This document shows positions 1-12,465 of a DNA stretch of 64,000 nucleotides, in pieces; the first letter of the stretch is position 1, and each line of letters begins with the position of its first letter. Origin of the DNA: Narcine bancroftii. Its lineage: Eukaryota. The stretch covers positions 55,800,001-55,864,000 of the forward strand of contig NC_091475.1 of the NCBI RefSeq assembly GCF_036971445.1, read 5' to 3'. The notes under the pieces were generated by a model. That model ran no database searches. It saw only the letters and a program-made list of their open reading frames with translations, and was not told where the DNA came from. A program made the translations under genes and the position numbers.

Positions 1-43
1 CATTTTTGTCATTTTTTCTGGCAAATAGTTTTATTCGTTCAAG

Positions 44-740
44 CAAGTGTTACGTCATCGAACTAGAAGAGGAAATGAACAGGCAGATTATTATTTGGAT
101 GGGGAGAAAATTCAAAATTTGGAAGTGCAAAGGAACTTGCGGGTCCTCATGCAGGATAGCCTAAAGGTTAACCTCCAGGTTGGATTGGCACCAAAGAAAA
201 TGAATGCTATGTTGGCATTCGTTTCAAGGTGAATAGTGCGTGAGATTAAAGAGGTGTTGATGAGGCTGTATGGGGCATTGGTGAGACCTCATTTGGAGTA
301 TTTTTGTGCAGTTTTGCGCCCCTTATCTTTGAAAGGATATAATAATGTTGAAGAAAGTACAGAGAATTTGCCAGGATGATTCCTGGAATACAAATGCTAA
401 CATATGAGGAACTAAGCGGCTCTTGGACTGTACTCACTGGAGTAGAGAAGAATGAGAGGGGGTCTCATAGAAACATTTTGAATGCTGAAAAGATTGGACA
501 GAGTAGATGTGAATAAAATGTTTCTCTTGGTGGGTGAGTCCAGGACAAGAGGGCACAGTCTTAGAATTAGAAAGTACCCATTTAAAACATAGATGAGGAG
601 AAAATTCTTTAGCCAGAGGGTCGTGGATTTGTGGAATTCGTTGCCACATACAGCTGTGGAGGCCTGATTGCTGGGGGAGTTGAAGGAGGAGATTGATAGA
701 TATCTAATTAGTCCATGTAGCAAAGGATATGGTGAAAAGC
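44..740 (+). mobile_element. CR1-like LINE 3' fragment
   Basis: YYLDGEKIQ..EVQRNLRVL and the P.LEY.VQF region of the CR1 RT tail; matches copies at 12466-13523 and 27684-29402; truncated by N gap. Confidence 0.85.
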
Positions 741-889
741 NNNNNNNNNNNNNNNNNNNNNNNNNNNNNNNNNNNNNNNNNNNNNNNNNNNNNNNNNNNN
801 NNNNNNNNNNNNNNNNNNNNNNNNNNNNNNNNNNNNNNNNNNNNNNNNNNNNNNNNNNNNNNNNNNNNNNNNNNNNNNNNNNNNNNNNN
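741..889. other. assembly gap
   Basis: run of N. Confidence 1.
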
Positions 890-1641
890 GGCACAATTCA
901 GGAAAGTCAATTCCCAAAGTTCAGTCTTAGAAATCCTGTGTTGAAACTCAGAAATTTTAAACCAATGTTCAGAAGTAATTATGAAGTTAGTGAGACACTA
1001 AAGTCATCAGACTTGCCATTAATTCATGAATCCTTGCCAAGTTACTTCCAGAGAAATGTTCTTTCATACAAATGATTGTCACCACTCCTCTCTTCCTTGT
1101 ATAGGGGAAACAAGACTTGTGATTTCTACGAGGCTTCCAAGGACATTCAGACAAAATGACCGTTAGAATGGTCACAATCCAAATGCAAGAATGATCTTGC
1201 TTCCTTTACCCAGATGCAGGTTGATCAAAAACTGATCATTAAAATCATCAGAATAGATTCACTGTTTTCTCCTGATGAGGAGAAATATCAGAAATGTCCA
1301 TTTAATGCAAATGGACTTCTGTCTGTTTGAAGTAAATGTCTGGTTGCTCATTAATCAACCTTGCTTCTTCAAGTGTCTCAATTGCATGACTTGTTTGATA
1401 GATACTGAAATATTTTCTGTTTCAATTTCCAAAAAACATGACTCATAATCATATGACGTGTAAATGGTCTTTCTTCCAGAAATAACAACCATTGTTCTTT
1501 TATTCTTCCAAACCAGTAACTTTATTTATGTTTGCTACTTGACGATGCCTTCTATCTGTCCAAAAGCTATGGATGGTTTTGCTGTGAAAAGGTTGTGTCA
1601 TGAAAGGTTTTTCAGCGTGTGTTACCCTTAAAGTGTGTTTA
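890..1641 (-). pseudogene. decayed large exon-like segment N of the putative minus-strand gene
   Basis: acceptor ttttatttAG at 1643-1642; reads KHTLRVTHAEKPF..GLEE then stops; contains ISPHQEK and a unit similar to 7021-7096. Confidence 0.4.
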
Positions 1642-2244
1642 CTAAATAAAATGTAAGCATATAACAGGAGGAGTATTTGAAAGATGAGCAATATGAGGAG
1701 AAGAATGGTCCTTTCAGTATATTAATAGTTTTGGGTGGCAAAATATCCAGTTCTCTTCCGTCTCAAATGAATGGTTGAGAATGCAAGACCCACACCATGG
1801 AATCATACAGTTTAAAATACACCATTTGGCACACGATTCCCAAGCCAATCATCAAGTAACCAGGGTCTGTGTGTCAAAAATGTATCAAATCATCGTAATG
1901 TTGCATTGTCAGAGATTCTGAATTAAAATTTAAACCAAGCTATCATTTTGCAATCCTGTTATGCTACACCAGTAACAGCGTGAAGACCTACTTCAAAGAA
2001 TGCCACTAAAAGGGAAAGTGACAGATGATTGCTGTTCTCATTTCCACAATCTCTGACAATTATTCACCATGTAATGGACACAGAATCCCTTCAAGACTTG
2101 GTTGAATACTATATGAATGCAACATGTAATAATTTAACATTTTCTTTTTAAATTTTTTGTCCTTTTTTTGTCAAAAACAGATTTGGTGAGCAATTGAGAG
2201 CAAAATATAATTTAAAAAATTAACTCTTTTCCAATTGGAATGAA

Positions 2245-2385
2245 ACAAAAAAGTCTGCAGTTGCTTGGGTCGAGGGCAAACATGCGTGTGGGAGAAACTC
2301 AGCAGGTCACGCAGCCTCCAGAGGAAGTAAAGGGTAAGCAATGTTTCACACCTGGGCCCTTTGTCAGGTATGAGCAGAAATAGGC
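2245..2385 (-). mobile_element. Penelope pLTR-derived short repeat with degenerate hammerhead-like motif
   Basis: ggagaaactcagcaggtc..gtttcacacctgggccctttgtcagg; same unit follows the Penelope GIY-YIG at about 37010-37150. Confidence 0.6.
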
Positions 2386-3113
2386 TTCTTTCTTCTCTCA
2401 TGTTACTCCACTTACAAAAGTGGTAGTGAAGGTGTCAGTACACTCACTTAAATATTCTTTTTCAGTGGGAACAACTGGATAAGGGCAATAACATTGGATA
2501 ATCTGATTTATTATTTGTTTCTGGAGGGCCAACACTACTGGCTGAGGAAAAGGCTACTGGTCTCATATTAAAAACCTCTACCCATTGCTCTTTGTGAAAA
2601 TAGAGATTTCATAGGGATTGAACATAGGTTTCCTTAGATGCAGATGATCTTTTGTTTTTTATGTCCAATCCAGATGCATCTTTATGAAGCATATTAGCTT
2701 TATTTTCTCATCTTAGTTGTTTCTGTGGGTACAAATTGAATCTACTTAAAAGTGAATTGTTACTTTTAAATGGTTCTATATCAAGATATTCTAATTTCCT
2801 TTTTAAGATTACCTATCTTGGTATTACAATTACTAGGTGTTATAAATACCTTTTTAAGGATTTTTTTCCTGTATTATTTAATAGGGTTAAATTATTATTA
2901 TCGAGATGGTCACCTTTATGTATTTCCATGATTGGACATATCAATTCTATTAAAATTAACATTTTACCTAAATTTTTGTATCTCTTCTAATCTATAGCAA
3001 TGTTTATCCCCAATCCTTGATTTACTTGACTCGCTTATATCTTCCTACATATGGCAAGGAAAACACCCCTCGCTTAAATAAAGCTCACCTTCAATAAACT
3101 AAAAGAACAGGAG

Positions 3114-4783
3114 GATGAGAATGAAGGTGAGGCCACTAAAGGATAAGAGAGACAACATGTATCTGGAGCTGGAAGAGGTAGGGGAGGTCCTAAATGAATA
3201 CTTTGCATCAGTATTCATAAGAGAAAAGGACCTTGATCTCAGTGAGGTCAAAATTAAACAGGCATGGGTGCTGGACAATGTGGAGATTAAAGAAGAGTAA
3301 GTTTTAAATCTATGATCTTTGAATCCTCTTTGGCCACAGGGGAGGTATTGGAGGATTGAAGATTGGCAAAATGTAGTCCCCTTGTTTAAAATATAATAGG
3401 GAGAATCCTGGCAATTCTAGACTGGTGAATCTTGTGTTAGTGATGTGTAAACTAATGGAGAGGGGTCTTAAGGATAGGATCTATGAGTATTTGGAGAAGT
3501 ACAGTCGACTCAAGGATAGTCAGCATTACTTTGTTAAGGGAAGGTCATGCCTCATGAATCTAATTGAGTTTTTTGAGGCAGTAACAAAAGAAATTGATGT
3601 GGTCTACATGGATTTTAGCAATGCATTTGACAAGGTCCCCCACAAGACTCATCTAGAAAGTTATGATCCATGGGATCAGAGTAAAATTAACTGTATGATT
3701 TAAAAAATTGACTTGTAGGAAGAAAGCAGAGTAGTACTGGAAGGGAAGTGTCCTGCCTGTAGGTCAGTGACTAGTGGAGTGCCACAGGGATCTGTTCTGG
3801 GACCCCTGTTCTTTGTGACCTGGATGAAGAGGTGAATGGGTGGGTCAGTAAATATGCGGATGACATGAAAGTTGGACGAGTTGTGGATGGAGCTGAAGGT
3901 TGTCGAAGGTTACAAGAAGCTGTAGACAGGATGCAGAGTTGGACTGAAAAGTGGCAGATGGATTTCAATCTGGATAAGTGTGAGGTGATGCATTTTGGAA
4001 GGACAAGCCTGAAGGCTAATTTAAGAGTTATTTTAGAATGTGGATTAAGAATGTGGTTGGTTATTTAAGAGTGTAGATGAACAGAGGGACCTTGGGGTTC
4101 AAATTCTTACTTCCCTTACAGTCGCCGCACATATTTATTGGATAGTTAAGAAGGGATAAGGGATGTAGGGATTCATTAATGGGGGGTGGGGGGGGGGATT
4201 GAGTTCAGGAGTAGAGAGGTCATGTTACAAATCTTTGGTAAGACCACACTTAGATTACTGTGTTCATTTCTGGTCACCTCATTATAGGAAGGATGTGGAA
4301 GCTATGGAGAGGGTGCAGAGGAGATTTACCAGGATGTTGCCTGGATTGGGAAACAAGTCTTATGAGGCAAGGTTAGCAGAGTTGAGACTTTTCACTTTGG
4401 AGTATAAAAAGATGAGAGAAGATTTGATAGAGGTCTACAAGGCATAGATAGGGTGGACAGTCAGCACCTGTTTCCCAGGGCAGGATCAGCAAACACCAGA
4501 GAACACATGTTCAAAATGAAGGGAGGGAAGTTTAGGGGAGACATCAGGGGTAAGGTTTTTTTTTTACCCAGAGAGTTGTGGGTGCCTAGAAATGCCTTGC
4601 CAGGGATGATGGTGGAGGCTGAAACATTGGGACCATTTAAGAGAGTCTTAAACAGACACATGGATGAAAAAATAGAGGATTATGGGGCAGGAAGGGTTTA
4701 TTACTTTTTTTAGCAAGGGATATATGGGTGAGTACAACATCAAGGGACAAAGGGCCTGTACTGTGTTGAATAAATGTTCTATA
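3114..4783 (+). mobile_element. CR1-like LINE, 5'-truncated, nested in L1
   Basis: EVLNEYFASVF, VVYMDFSNAFDKVPH, YADDMK, YKSLVRPHLDYCVHFWSPHYRKD, 3' UTR ending ttcta. Confidence 0.92.
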
Positions 4784-5482
4784 AATGGTTGATTGGCATT
4801 TCCTAATTTTATATTTTATTACTGGGTGGTTAATTTTACCAGAACCAGATCTAGGTTGGCAATTCTATGGTCTTTGTTATTCTCTTCTTCATATAAACTG
4901 ACTGATAGTTCAATAATGAGACATAATTTGAGAATATGGGCACAATTTAGAAAGTGTTTTGGATTTGAGTTTTTCTCTTCCCAGCCCTCTTACATCTAAC
5001 CATCTTTGTCAACGTTCTTTACTAGATACTCTTTTTAATGGCAGGCATAGTTTAGGTATTAAATGTTTTAAAGACCTTTTTTATTCTTAATCAATTTTGC
5101 TTCCTTTGAACAAGGGCAGTAAAATTTAACTTACCAAACAGTCATTTTTTAGAGATCCGATTCCCAAGGCAAATATTCTTTTTTACTTTTTGATTTACAG
5201 CTTTCTCATCAAGGTTCAATATCAATTATTTATAACAATTTGCTGGACTTAAGAATAGCCTTTCTAGTTAAGATCAAGAACAATTGGGAACAGGATTTGA
5301 ATTCATCATTTTTGGGTGAGGTTTGGGATTCTATTTTTAATCTGATTAATATGACCTCCTTTTGTGCATGACACTGTTGTAATTAAAAGTGGACTATCAA
5401 GTACATATGTCTAAAGCTAAATTATCTCATTTTTATTCAGATATAAATTCTCTATGTTACAAATGCAAAATCTTTGATGCTT

Positions 5483-6621
5483 TTTTGAATAGTTTATTTA
5501 AAATTTTAATTGTATAACCCCTTCTCATCTCCCCTTTCCCCCCAACCCCCATACCCCACCTCCAAAGAAAGAAAATACAAAAAAAATGAAGATTTAACAT
5601 AAAAAATACAATCAACTACCATGGATCAAAGCAACACCCCCATGATGAGTTTTAGGAAGTACAAAATTTTAAACCCACATAGTCCACGTAGGGGCTTCAT
5701 ACTTAAGAAAAAAAGATAGTTATTACGTCAATTAGGCTTTTTTTTTTCCAAAGGAATATATGATCTCAATTCCAGACGTTACCTCTGCAAAGCTAAATCC
5801 ATCTCATTTTTCCAAGTAATAGCTATACATTTCCTTGCTACTGCCATTGCCAATCTTAAAAGTGCAATTTGATACTTAGTCAACCTCAAAATTAAACTCA
5901 ACCTTTTAATGTTACCTAATAAAAACAATGTTGGGTCCATTGGTAATTGAATCTTTAAAACTTTCTCTAAAATTTCCTTAAGCCATCTCCAAAAATGTTT
6001 AACCTTATCACATAGCCAAGTCGAATGTAAAAAAGACTCTACTTCTTTAAGACATCTAAAACATAAATCTGAAGAACTTAAATTATCTTTCTTTAATTTC
6101 TGAGGAGTTGAGTGCAATTGTTGCAAAAAGTTACAATGAACTAACCTATATCGAACATTAATAATCTTAGACACACTATCCTTACAAATTGATCTCCAAT
6201 CATCATGGTCGATTGTAATTCCAAAATCCTCTGCCCATTTCAATCTCAATTTATGAAGATCTAATTTAGGCATTTCACTTTGTAACAGTTTATACATTTC
6301 AGAAATAAATGTCTTTTTAACAGCTTCCATAAGTAAAGTTTCAAAATTTGATGCCTTGGTAATCTCAAAGTATGCCCAAAATTATCCAATAGCAATGCTT
6401 TAACTTGATAATAACAAAAAAGAGTTTTATTTGGAATTTCATATTTTTCTTTCATTCTCTGAAAAGAAATAAAATAACCAGCCTGATAACAATCTTTTAC
6501 TATTTTAATATCTTTGTGATTCCATATTTTCAAAAACTGATTATTATAAGTAAAAGAAAAAAGTTTCTTCTGATATAAAGGTGTTTTTGCTGAAATGTTC
6601 CCCTGTGTACCTATCTGAATG
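5483..6621 (-). mobile_element. L1-clade LINE 3' fragment inserted antisense into another L1
   Basis: CFRC..ESFLHSTWLC knuckle, AVARKCIAITWK, AATAAA plus short A tail; TSD TTTGATGCTT at 5473-5482 and 6622-6631. Confidence 0.9.
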
Positions 6622-6840
6622 TTTGATGCTTCATTGATTCATATGTTCTGGACTTGCCCTAGTCTAGAAAAACTTTGGAAAGACTCCTTTCAAACTTTAT
6701 TGGTGATTTTCAAAGTCAAATTAGAACCTTGTCCTTTAATTACTCTATTCGGATCATTTCAAGATGATGATGTTTTACTGAGTCTAACTCAATGCCAAAT
6801 TTGATCTTTTACTTTGTTGATGGCCAGATGTCCAATTTTG

Positions 6841-7019
6841 NNNNNNNNNNNNNNNNNNNNNNNNNNNNNNNNNNNNNNNNNNNNNNNNNNNNNNNNNNNN
6901 NNNNNNNNNNNNNNNNNNNNNNNNNNNNNNNNNNNNNNNNNNNNNNNNNNNNNNNNNNNNNNNNNNNNNNNNNNNNNNNNNNNNNNNNNNNNNNNNNNNN
7001 NNNNNNNNNNNNNNNNNNN
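6841..7019. other. assembly gap
   Basis: run of N. Confidence 1.
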
Positions 7020-7535
7020 CCAGAGAAATGTCCTTTTCAGATGAGTGACATTCCAAACTCCCTTTCTCTTGGTGTGGGGATACGAAGCTAGTGATTCTCA
7101 CAAACCTTCCACAAAACTTTTGTGTGGGTCAGCTGAATTGTATTATTTCTTCTGTTTCAAGAAGCGTTTCATGGGTCAGCCATTCAAAATGACCTTCCCT
7201 TTTGGTCATGGAGTGGTATACTCATTCCCCTATAACACGGAGATATTAGACAAATTATCTATCACTACCCGAGGCCATTTCAGCACTCTTTTTACTTCCA
7301 AGAGCTCTGTTCCAAAGTGCTGTCTCCTTAAAATGTCCCCTGAGCATACAGTGAATTGTGTCTTCAACATGCAGGTCACATGGTCTCTGCACTGTGCCTC
7401 CAGGCACTTCCTTTCTCTTCAAAAGTATCCAATTTGAGTACTTGCTGTCCTAGTCTGTTAGGTCACAGGCAGTCTCCCAAACTCACAGCTTGATTTGTTC
7501 TCTTAAAGTACAAATCCTACTCAAATGAAAATGAA
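7020..7535 (-). pseudogene. decayed large exon-like segment M
   Basis: acceptor ccattttcAG at 7537-7536; phase-1 frame runs without frameshift, with scattered stops, to RITSFVSPHQEKGSLECHSSEKDISL at the gap. Confidence 0.5.
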
Positions 7536-7674
7536 CTGAAAATGGAGGATGTAATATGTTAAATACAGAATGTACTCTACAAACTAGATGTTGCTTCAGA
7601 AATTCACTTCAACACAGCAAACTGTGAAACACAAGAGACAATAGGCACACACCTAACTTATCGCACAACTAGTG

Positions 7675-8270
7675 TGTCAGAATCTTTGGTCATGAAATTT
7701 GTTGTTTCGCATCATCATCACAATGCAAACATTAATATTAACCACCTGCAAAATAAATAAAAATAGTGCACAAAAAAGCCAAAGTAAGGCAGTGCCTTTG
7801 GTTCCTTGATCATTCAGGAATCTGATGGCACCTTGTGCCACTGAGAGCACATCTTTAGGCTCCTGTACCTTTCCTGGAGATAGCAAAGGACACAGCCTGG
7901 GTGGTGGTGGGGGATCCTTTAGGATAGAGGCTGCTTTCCTCATGGGGATGCCCCGGATGGAGTGAAATTTGGTGCCCGTGATGTCGCAGGCTGAGTTAAC
8001 AGCCCTCTTGAGTATTTTCTTGCCCTCAGCATTGATACCTCCATACCAGACTGTGATGCAACAAGCCAGAATGCTCTCCATGGTCCACCGCTAGAAGCTT
8101 TTGAGAGTCTTTACAGAATCTCCTCAAGCATCTCACAAGGTATAGCTGCTGGTGATCCTTTTTCGTGATTGCATCAACATGGAGGCTCTGAAATGTTGAC
8201 ACCCAGGAATTTGATGTTCTTGACCCTCTCCACTACTGCGTGCTGAATGAGGACTGGATCATGTTCCCCT
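7675..8270 (-). mobile_element. Rex1/Babar-like LINE 3' fragment
   Basis: ESILACCITVWYG, RKAASILKDP; tail aataaatttcatgacc..ttctga. Confidence 0.85.
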
Positions 8271-8618
8271 GTCCAATCAAATATAAATTTCTATCCCATT
8301 ATGTTTTTCTTTGAATGGATCTGCACTGGAGGTCAATTAATGACCAATTTGAAGTGATGATGTTCATGCCTTTTTGACCATTTTCCCCATCAAAGATTGA
8401 ACATCAGAAAATTTATGTCTACAAGAGATTGAGGTGCAGGCAAGAGGAATGTGCTAGGGGTAGGGGAGTTCCTTGTGGGAAGGGAAGGAAAAACAGAAAA
8501 GATTAGACAATACAGTAACTGCAGATGTTGAGTAAAAAGACAATCTCAAAAAATCCAAAATATGACTGTATTTTTTTTTCCTCATGGACACTGCCTGACC
8601 TGTTGAGAACCTCTCGCT

Positions 8619-8939
8619 CAGTAGCTCTCAACCTTTTTCTTTTCACTCACATACAACTTTAAGTGATCCCAATGCCATTGGTGATTAGTAAAGGATTGCC
8701 TAAGGTGGAATGTGAGTGGGAAGGGAAGGTTGAGAATCACTGCTCTAGACCCAATTGTTACAGAAATATTATGCTTGGGAAAAATTGTCATTGGCCCATT
8801 TCCTTTGGAGTTATGAAACCATGCACATAATGAGTCAATGAGGTATGATTAAAAAAGTGGTTTTGAAAACCTACCACCTTAAGCAATCCCTTACTAATCA
8901 TAGAGCATCGATGGCATAGGGATTACAGAACAACCATTA
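8619..8939. mobile_element. hAT/Charlie-like composite MITE, degenerate copy
   Basis: CAGTxGxTCTCAACC start, internal CTCTAGAC, similar to 14364-16006 and 24820-25188; degenerate 8-bp TSD ctctcgct/atctagct. Confidence 0.8.
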
Positions 8940-8987
8940 ATCTAGCTTCACTTTGAGTGCAGAAAAAAATTAAGATGGTAGATATTG

Positions 8988-9794
8988 GAAAAATATTTGT
9001 AGGGATAACATGACAAAAATTGTAAATGTTAGATATATACTTGCAACCTATAATTTTATATATCAATTATATTTGACTCTGGAACATTTGAAAATATATA
9101 ATCTGAGTGTTTCTGATTTGTGTTTACATTGAAATAATCAGAAAGGTACATTTTTACACTCAGTATGGTCTTATGACATGGTTAAGTGTTTTTGGTATAG
9201 GGTAAGAGATTGTTTACAGAATATTTTGAAAATAAAATTTTCTTTAGATCCAATTTTTTTTTAATTGGAGATATTAGTGAATTGGGTTTGTTTTATAAAT
9301 TGGATAAATTTCAAATGGCTTTTTTGAGATTAGCTTTAGCAGTGGCAAGGAAATGTATAGCTATTTTGTGGAAAGATCCAATGGATCTTAAGTTACAAAG
9401 ATGGCATTCGGAATTGAGATAGTGTATTCCATTGGAGAAGATAACTTATAATTGAAGAGATAAATATTATGTATTTAAAAAGATTTAGAGCCCATATTTG
9501 GATTATTTTAATTTGAAAAGTTAAAGATAGGGATTTGAGTGCCGCCGAGTCTCCTTATCATAAATTAAGAGAACTGTGTTTAGTATTTCTTCTCTTACTT
9601 TATCTTTCCTTTTGTGGGTAGTTAGATGTAAATTAGAGGGAGGGTGTAGTTTTAGGCTTGGAGGAGGTTTGAGATTTTCTTTGGTAGATTTTTAGTTTTT
9701 CTTTTGATAAACCATGTTTAAATTTTGATATATTGTTATATTTCATGGTCTGTAAATCATGGTTGTTTCTTTTATGAATAAAATATTCAAAAAA
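8988..9794 (+). mobile_element. L1-clade LINE 3' fragment
   Basis: LRLALAVARKCIAILWKD; AATAAA plus A tail; TSD aagatggtRgatattg at 8972-8987 and 9795-9810. Confidence 0.9.
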
Positions 9795-9916
9795 AAGATG
9801 GTGGATATTGAGGAGGAGCAGAAAGAAATGTATTGGAAGAGTCTTTTACTGAATTGATAGTGAATACTGAGATACAAAATCTAAGTTCTGAGTGAAATTG
9901 CGACAAACACTATGAC

Positions 9917-9976
9917 CTGATAATAAAGACAATGAACAGATCAGGACATCTGTGCCAAGAGAATGTTTTCTTCTGG
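9917..9976 (-). pseudogene. exon-like segment L (phase 1 to 1)
   Basis: acceptor cacattatcAG; open frame ARRKHSLGTDVLICSLSLLS in the phase left by K; donor GTcata is weak and the end is uncertain. Confidence 0.4.
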
Positions 9977-10128
9977 CTGATAATGTGAGTGAATGAGTCA
10001 GTATGAAGTTGAATCGAGGAAATAACACTTGTATTTCCCTCTTCTTGTAGGTTTCCACCAGCAGCTGGAGGGAAGTATTGATTCCGAATGATATATTTAA
10101 TAATAATATGTTAATTGTGATAAGATAC

Positions 10129-10309
10129 CCATTTCATTAATTCCATCAAGATCTTGCAGGTTTTTATCCTTCATCAGACTGTTAGCATCTAAAGCTGATC
10201 TAGCATTGCTTGAACAAGATGTACCGTGGAGGGAAACAATTGGGGTCATTTTCAATTTACAACAAAGCTCCTGAAATCCAGAGTTCAAACAACTGGCAGG
10301 CTCAAGCAA
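10129..10309 (-). pseudogene. exon-like segment K (phase 0 to 1), open
   Basis: strong acceptor ttttttttttgtcAG; LLEPASCLNSGFQELCCKLKMTPIVSLHG..DGINEM; donor GTatct. Confidence 0.6.
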
Positions 10310-10429
10310 CTGACAAAAAAAAAATTAAGGAAAATAAATGTTAAAATTTGAAATAAATAAGAATAACAGGTAAAAAACATGCAAGCTTAAAATTGTAAAA
10401 GTAAATATTCTCTGAGGTAACATGTAAAC

Positions 10430-10611
10430 CTTTAGTGAAGATGGGAGCAAGTTTTCAGCCAGCGGAGGGCCTTGGTTGTGCTTTGCACATAGCAGCTGTT
10501 TGAATAGAATTTGAATAAAGTTATGTTTGAATAAAATGGTGTCACCCAGGATGACGAGCTGGTCAATACCACTCATTGTTTGGGTGACTCTCTGAAAGTG
10601 TCTCCTTATCC
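10430..10611 (-). pseudogene. exon-like segment J (phase 1 to 0), open
   Basis: NAGNAG acceptor ctagcAG; IRRHFQRVTQTMSGIDQLVILGDTILFKHNFIQILFKQLL..PSSLK; donor GTttac joins in frame to K over a 120-nt intron. Confidence 0.6.
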
Positions 10612-11175
10612 CTGCTAGGTTAGTGTCTTTATTGTTATCGGTACATTATTAAGTATATTAGTAAGGCTTCAACTGTAAACTTGGCACCGTGGTGGGAGAA
10701 GAACCTGCAGTTACACCAATAGATAAATGTTTTCAAATAATGTGGCTGAAAGTAAAGTAAAATGCTTTAAGGTTTATATATTTATGCAAGTGAAGTTTGC
10801 TCAGTGTAAGTACAAATATAATATTTTTGTCTCTTCAACTGTTTATTCTTAATGAAGGTGTATTAGTTATGCATTGTAAATGTAAGTCTCAAGCAACCGG
10901 AAAGTTCACTTATCTGGCAACTCCCAATCCCCATCAGGTGTCAGATCCCAGGGGTTCTTACTGTATTTTTGAATTGAGACTGATAAGTTATTCTTTATCA
11001 TAAAACACCCCATTTTGCCATCAGTGAAACTCCAAATCAGTTGCTCAATGAATAATAAAGACATACATTTTTTGTAGTTTTTATCACCTCAGTTTTGCTG
11101 GCCTCTGAAGCACTTTATGAAGTGTGAAATCGGAAACACAGCAGTCCATTTTCAGAGAAAATCATTGCAATCACT

Positions 11176-11409
11176 TGTGGTGATACGACTATTATTATTA
11201 TCTGTATGTATGGCTGGCTTCCCTCCATGCTGACTGTACCAGTGACTCCTCCCCTTGGAATCCCCTAATAAAGGCTGTCACACCCAAACCCCTCCCCCAG
11301 TATGAGCTCTGGACTCGGGCCAAGCAACATGAGTGTAAGCAACATTGAAGCAATTAAAAGCCTATCGTTCTGGCAACTTCTAGTCTTTGAAGTTGTTGAT
11401 AGTGTATCA
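11176..11409 (+). mobile_element. solo LTR (short Gypsy type)
   Basis: TG..CA ends, ATTAAA near 3' end, partial 5-bp TSD tcact/tcagc. Confidence 0.7.
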
Positions 11410-12029
11410 TCAGCGAAAATTCATGATTCTGGATGTGGCCAATCAGCCTATAGATTCCATGTCAGTTAAAAGTGAACTGCGTAGCCTTCCAACACGATCC
11501 AAAGCTCATGCGGATCAAAGCCAGTCAAGCACGCATCCAAATATGTCCCCAAAGCCCTATCAGACAGTAAGTTACAGACCTCCAGTGCATTATAGGTGAA
11601 GAAAATAATTCCATTCTCTCTCTTCTAGTCCTTCTGTCAATTTATTTCAATCAACATTCCTGGTTTTGGATTCCACAGTCAAGGGAAAATTATTTTTGCA
11701 TTTTATCTGTCAATGCCCCTCATAATTCCAGGCTCTCGAATTAAATCTTTCCTTAATCTCCTCTCTTTCAAAAGAAATAACCCATGCAATCTACACCTCA
11801 CAGCAAGTCCCACAAACCTGGACATGTTAGTCATTTTGGTCGGGGGTAAATAATGACCAACGGACTGGGTTAACATTCTGCCCTTTCTTCAAAATAGGCT
11901 TGAGGGATCTTTCAGAGCAAATGGGTTTTAGTTTAATACCTCCTCTGAAAAGCAGCACCTTTGACAATGTCCTATTTTCTCAAATATTTGCAAACCGACT
12001 ACTGCCTTTGGGGCAATTGTGTTTCCTAC

Positions 12030-12098
12030 CAAGCAACAGCTGGCCTTTAAATGGACTTATAAGCAAGTAGCTACTCTAATTCTGGTGATTTTCAACCC
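12030..12098 (-). pseudogene. exon-like segment I (69 nt, symmetric)
   Basis: acceptor tttctctgtgcttcAG, donor GTagga; phase-1 frame VENHQN*SSYLLISPFKGQLLL has one stop and joins J. Confidence 0.45.
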
Positions 12099-12164
12099 CT
12101 GAAGCACAGAGAAATTTTAATTTCACAAAAACAAAATCCAATTTAGCACAAGACAAGAAAAAAC

Positions 12165-12465
12165 AAAAATTTTTAGACACCGTGGTTGAAGTAAAAACAC
12201 AAAATGCTGGAGGAACTCAGCTGATCAAGCAGCATCCCTTGTGTAGCAAAGGTAAAAATGCATAACCGACGTTTCGGGCGAGAGCCCTTCATCAAGGTAT
12301 GGAAAAATGTCATCACGTGTCTGAACAGAAGAGTAGGAGGGGGGGTTGGGGAGGTGCTGTCGTAAAGGCAGGAGGTGATGGGTAGAGGAGGGAGGGAGGG
12401 GACCAGTGATTGAGGGGAGGAGGGATGGCTAAGTGAAGGGAGGGAGGAGAACTAGAGAGGGGAAG
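12165..12465 (-). mobile_element. Penelope pLTR/3' remnant containing minimal hammerhead-like motif
   Basis: minus strand 12300-12261 reads atacctTGATGAagggctctcgcccGAAACgtcggttatg; purine-rich tract follows on the plus strand. Confidence 0.7.

Larger units (their letters stand above)
2580..6840 (+). mobile_element. L1-clade LINE ORF2 3' part split by two nested insertions (pieces 2580-3113, 4784-5482, 6622-6840)
   Basis: ADD, YLGI, KINILPKFLYLF, AFPNF..YYW, ASLIHMFWTCP motifs in collinear order. Confidence 0.85.

Noticed and set aside
412-1075. Long ORFs spanning X runs (also 6784-7101 and 55529-56083)
   Set aside because: Length is an artefact of N gaps.
10430-10611. Assignment of the decayed gene to ANKRD31, SYNE2 or CCDC141
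   Set aside because: Only vague pattern resemblance; no recognisable diagnostic motif, so no symbol is given.
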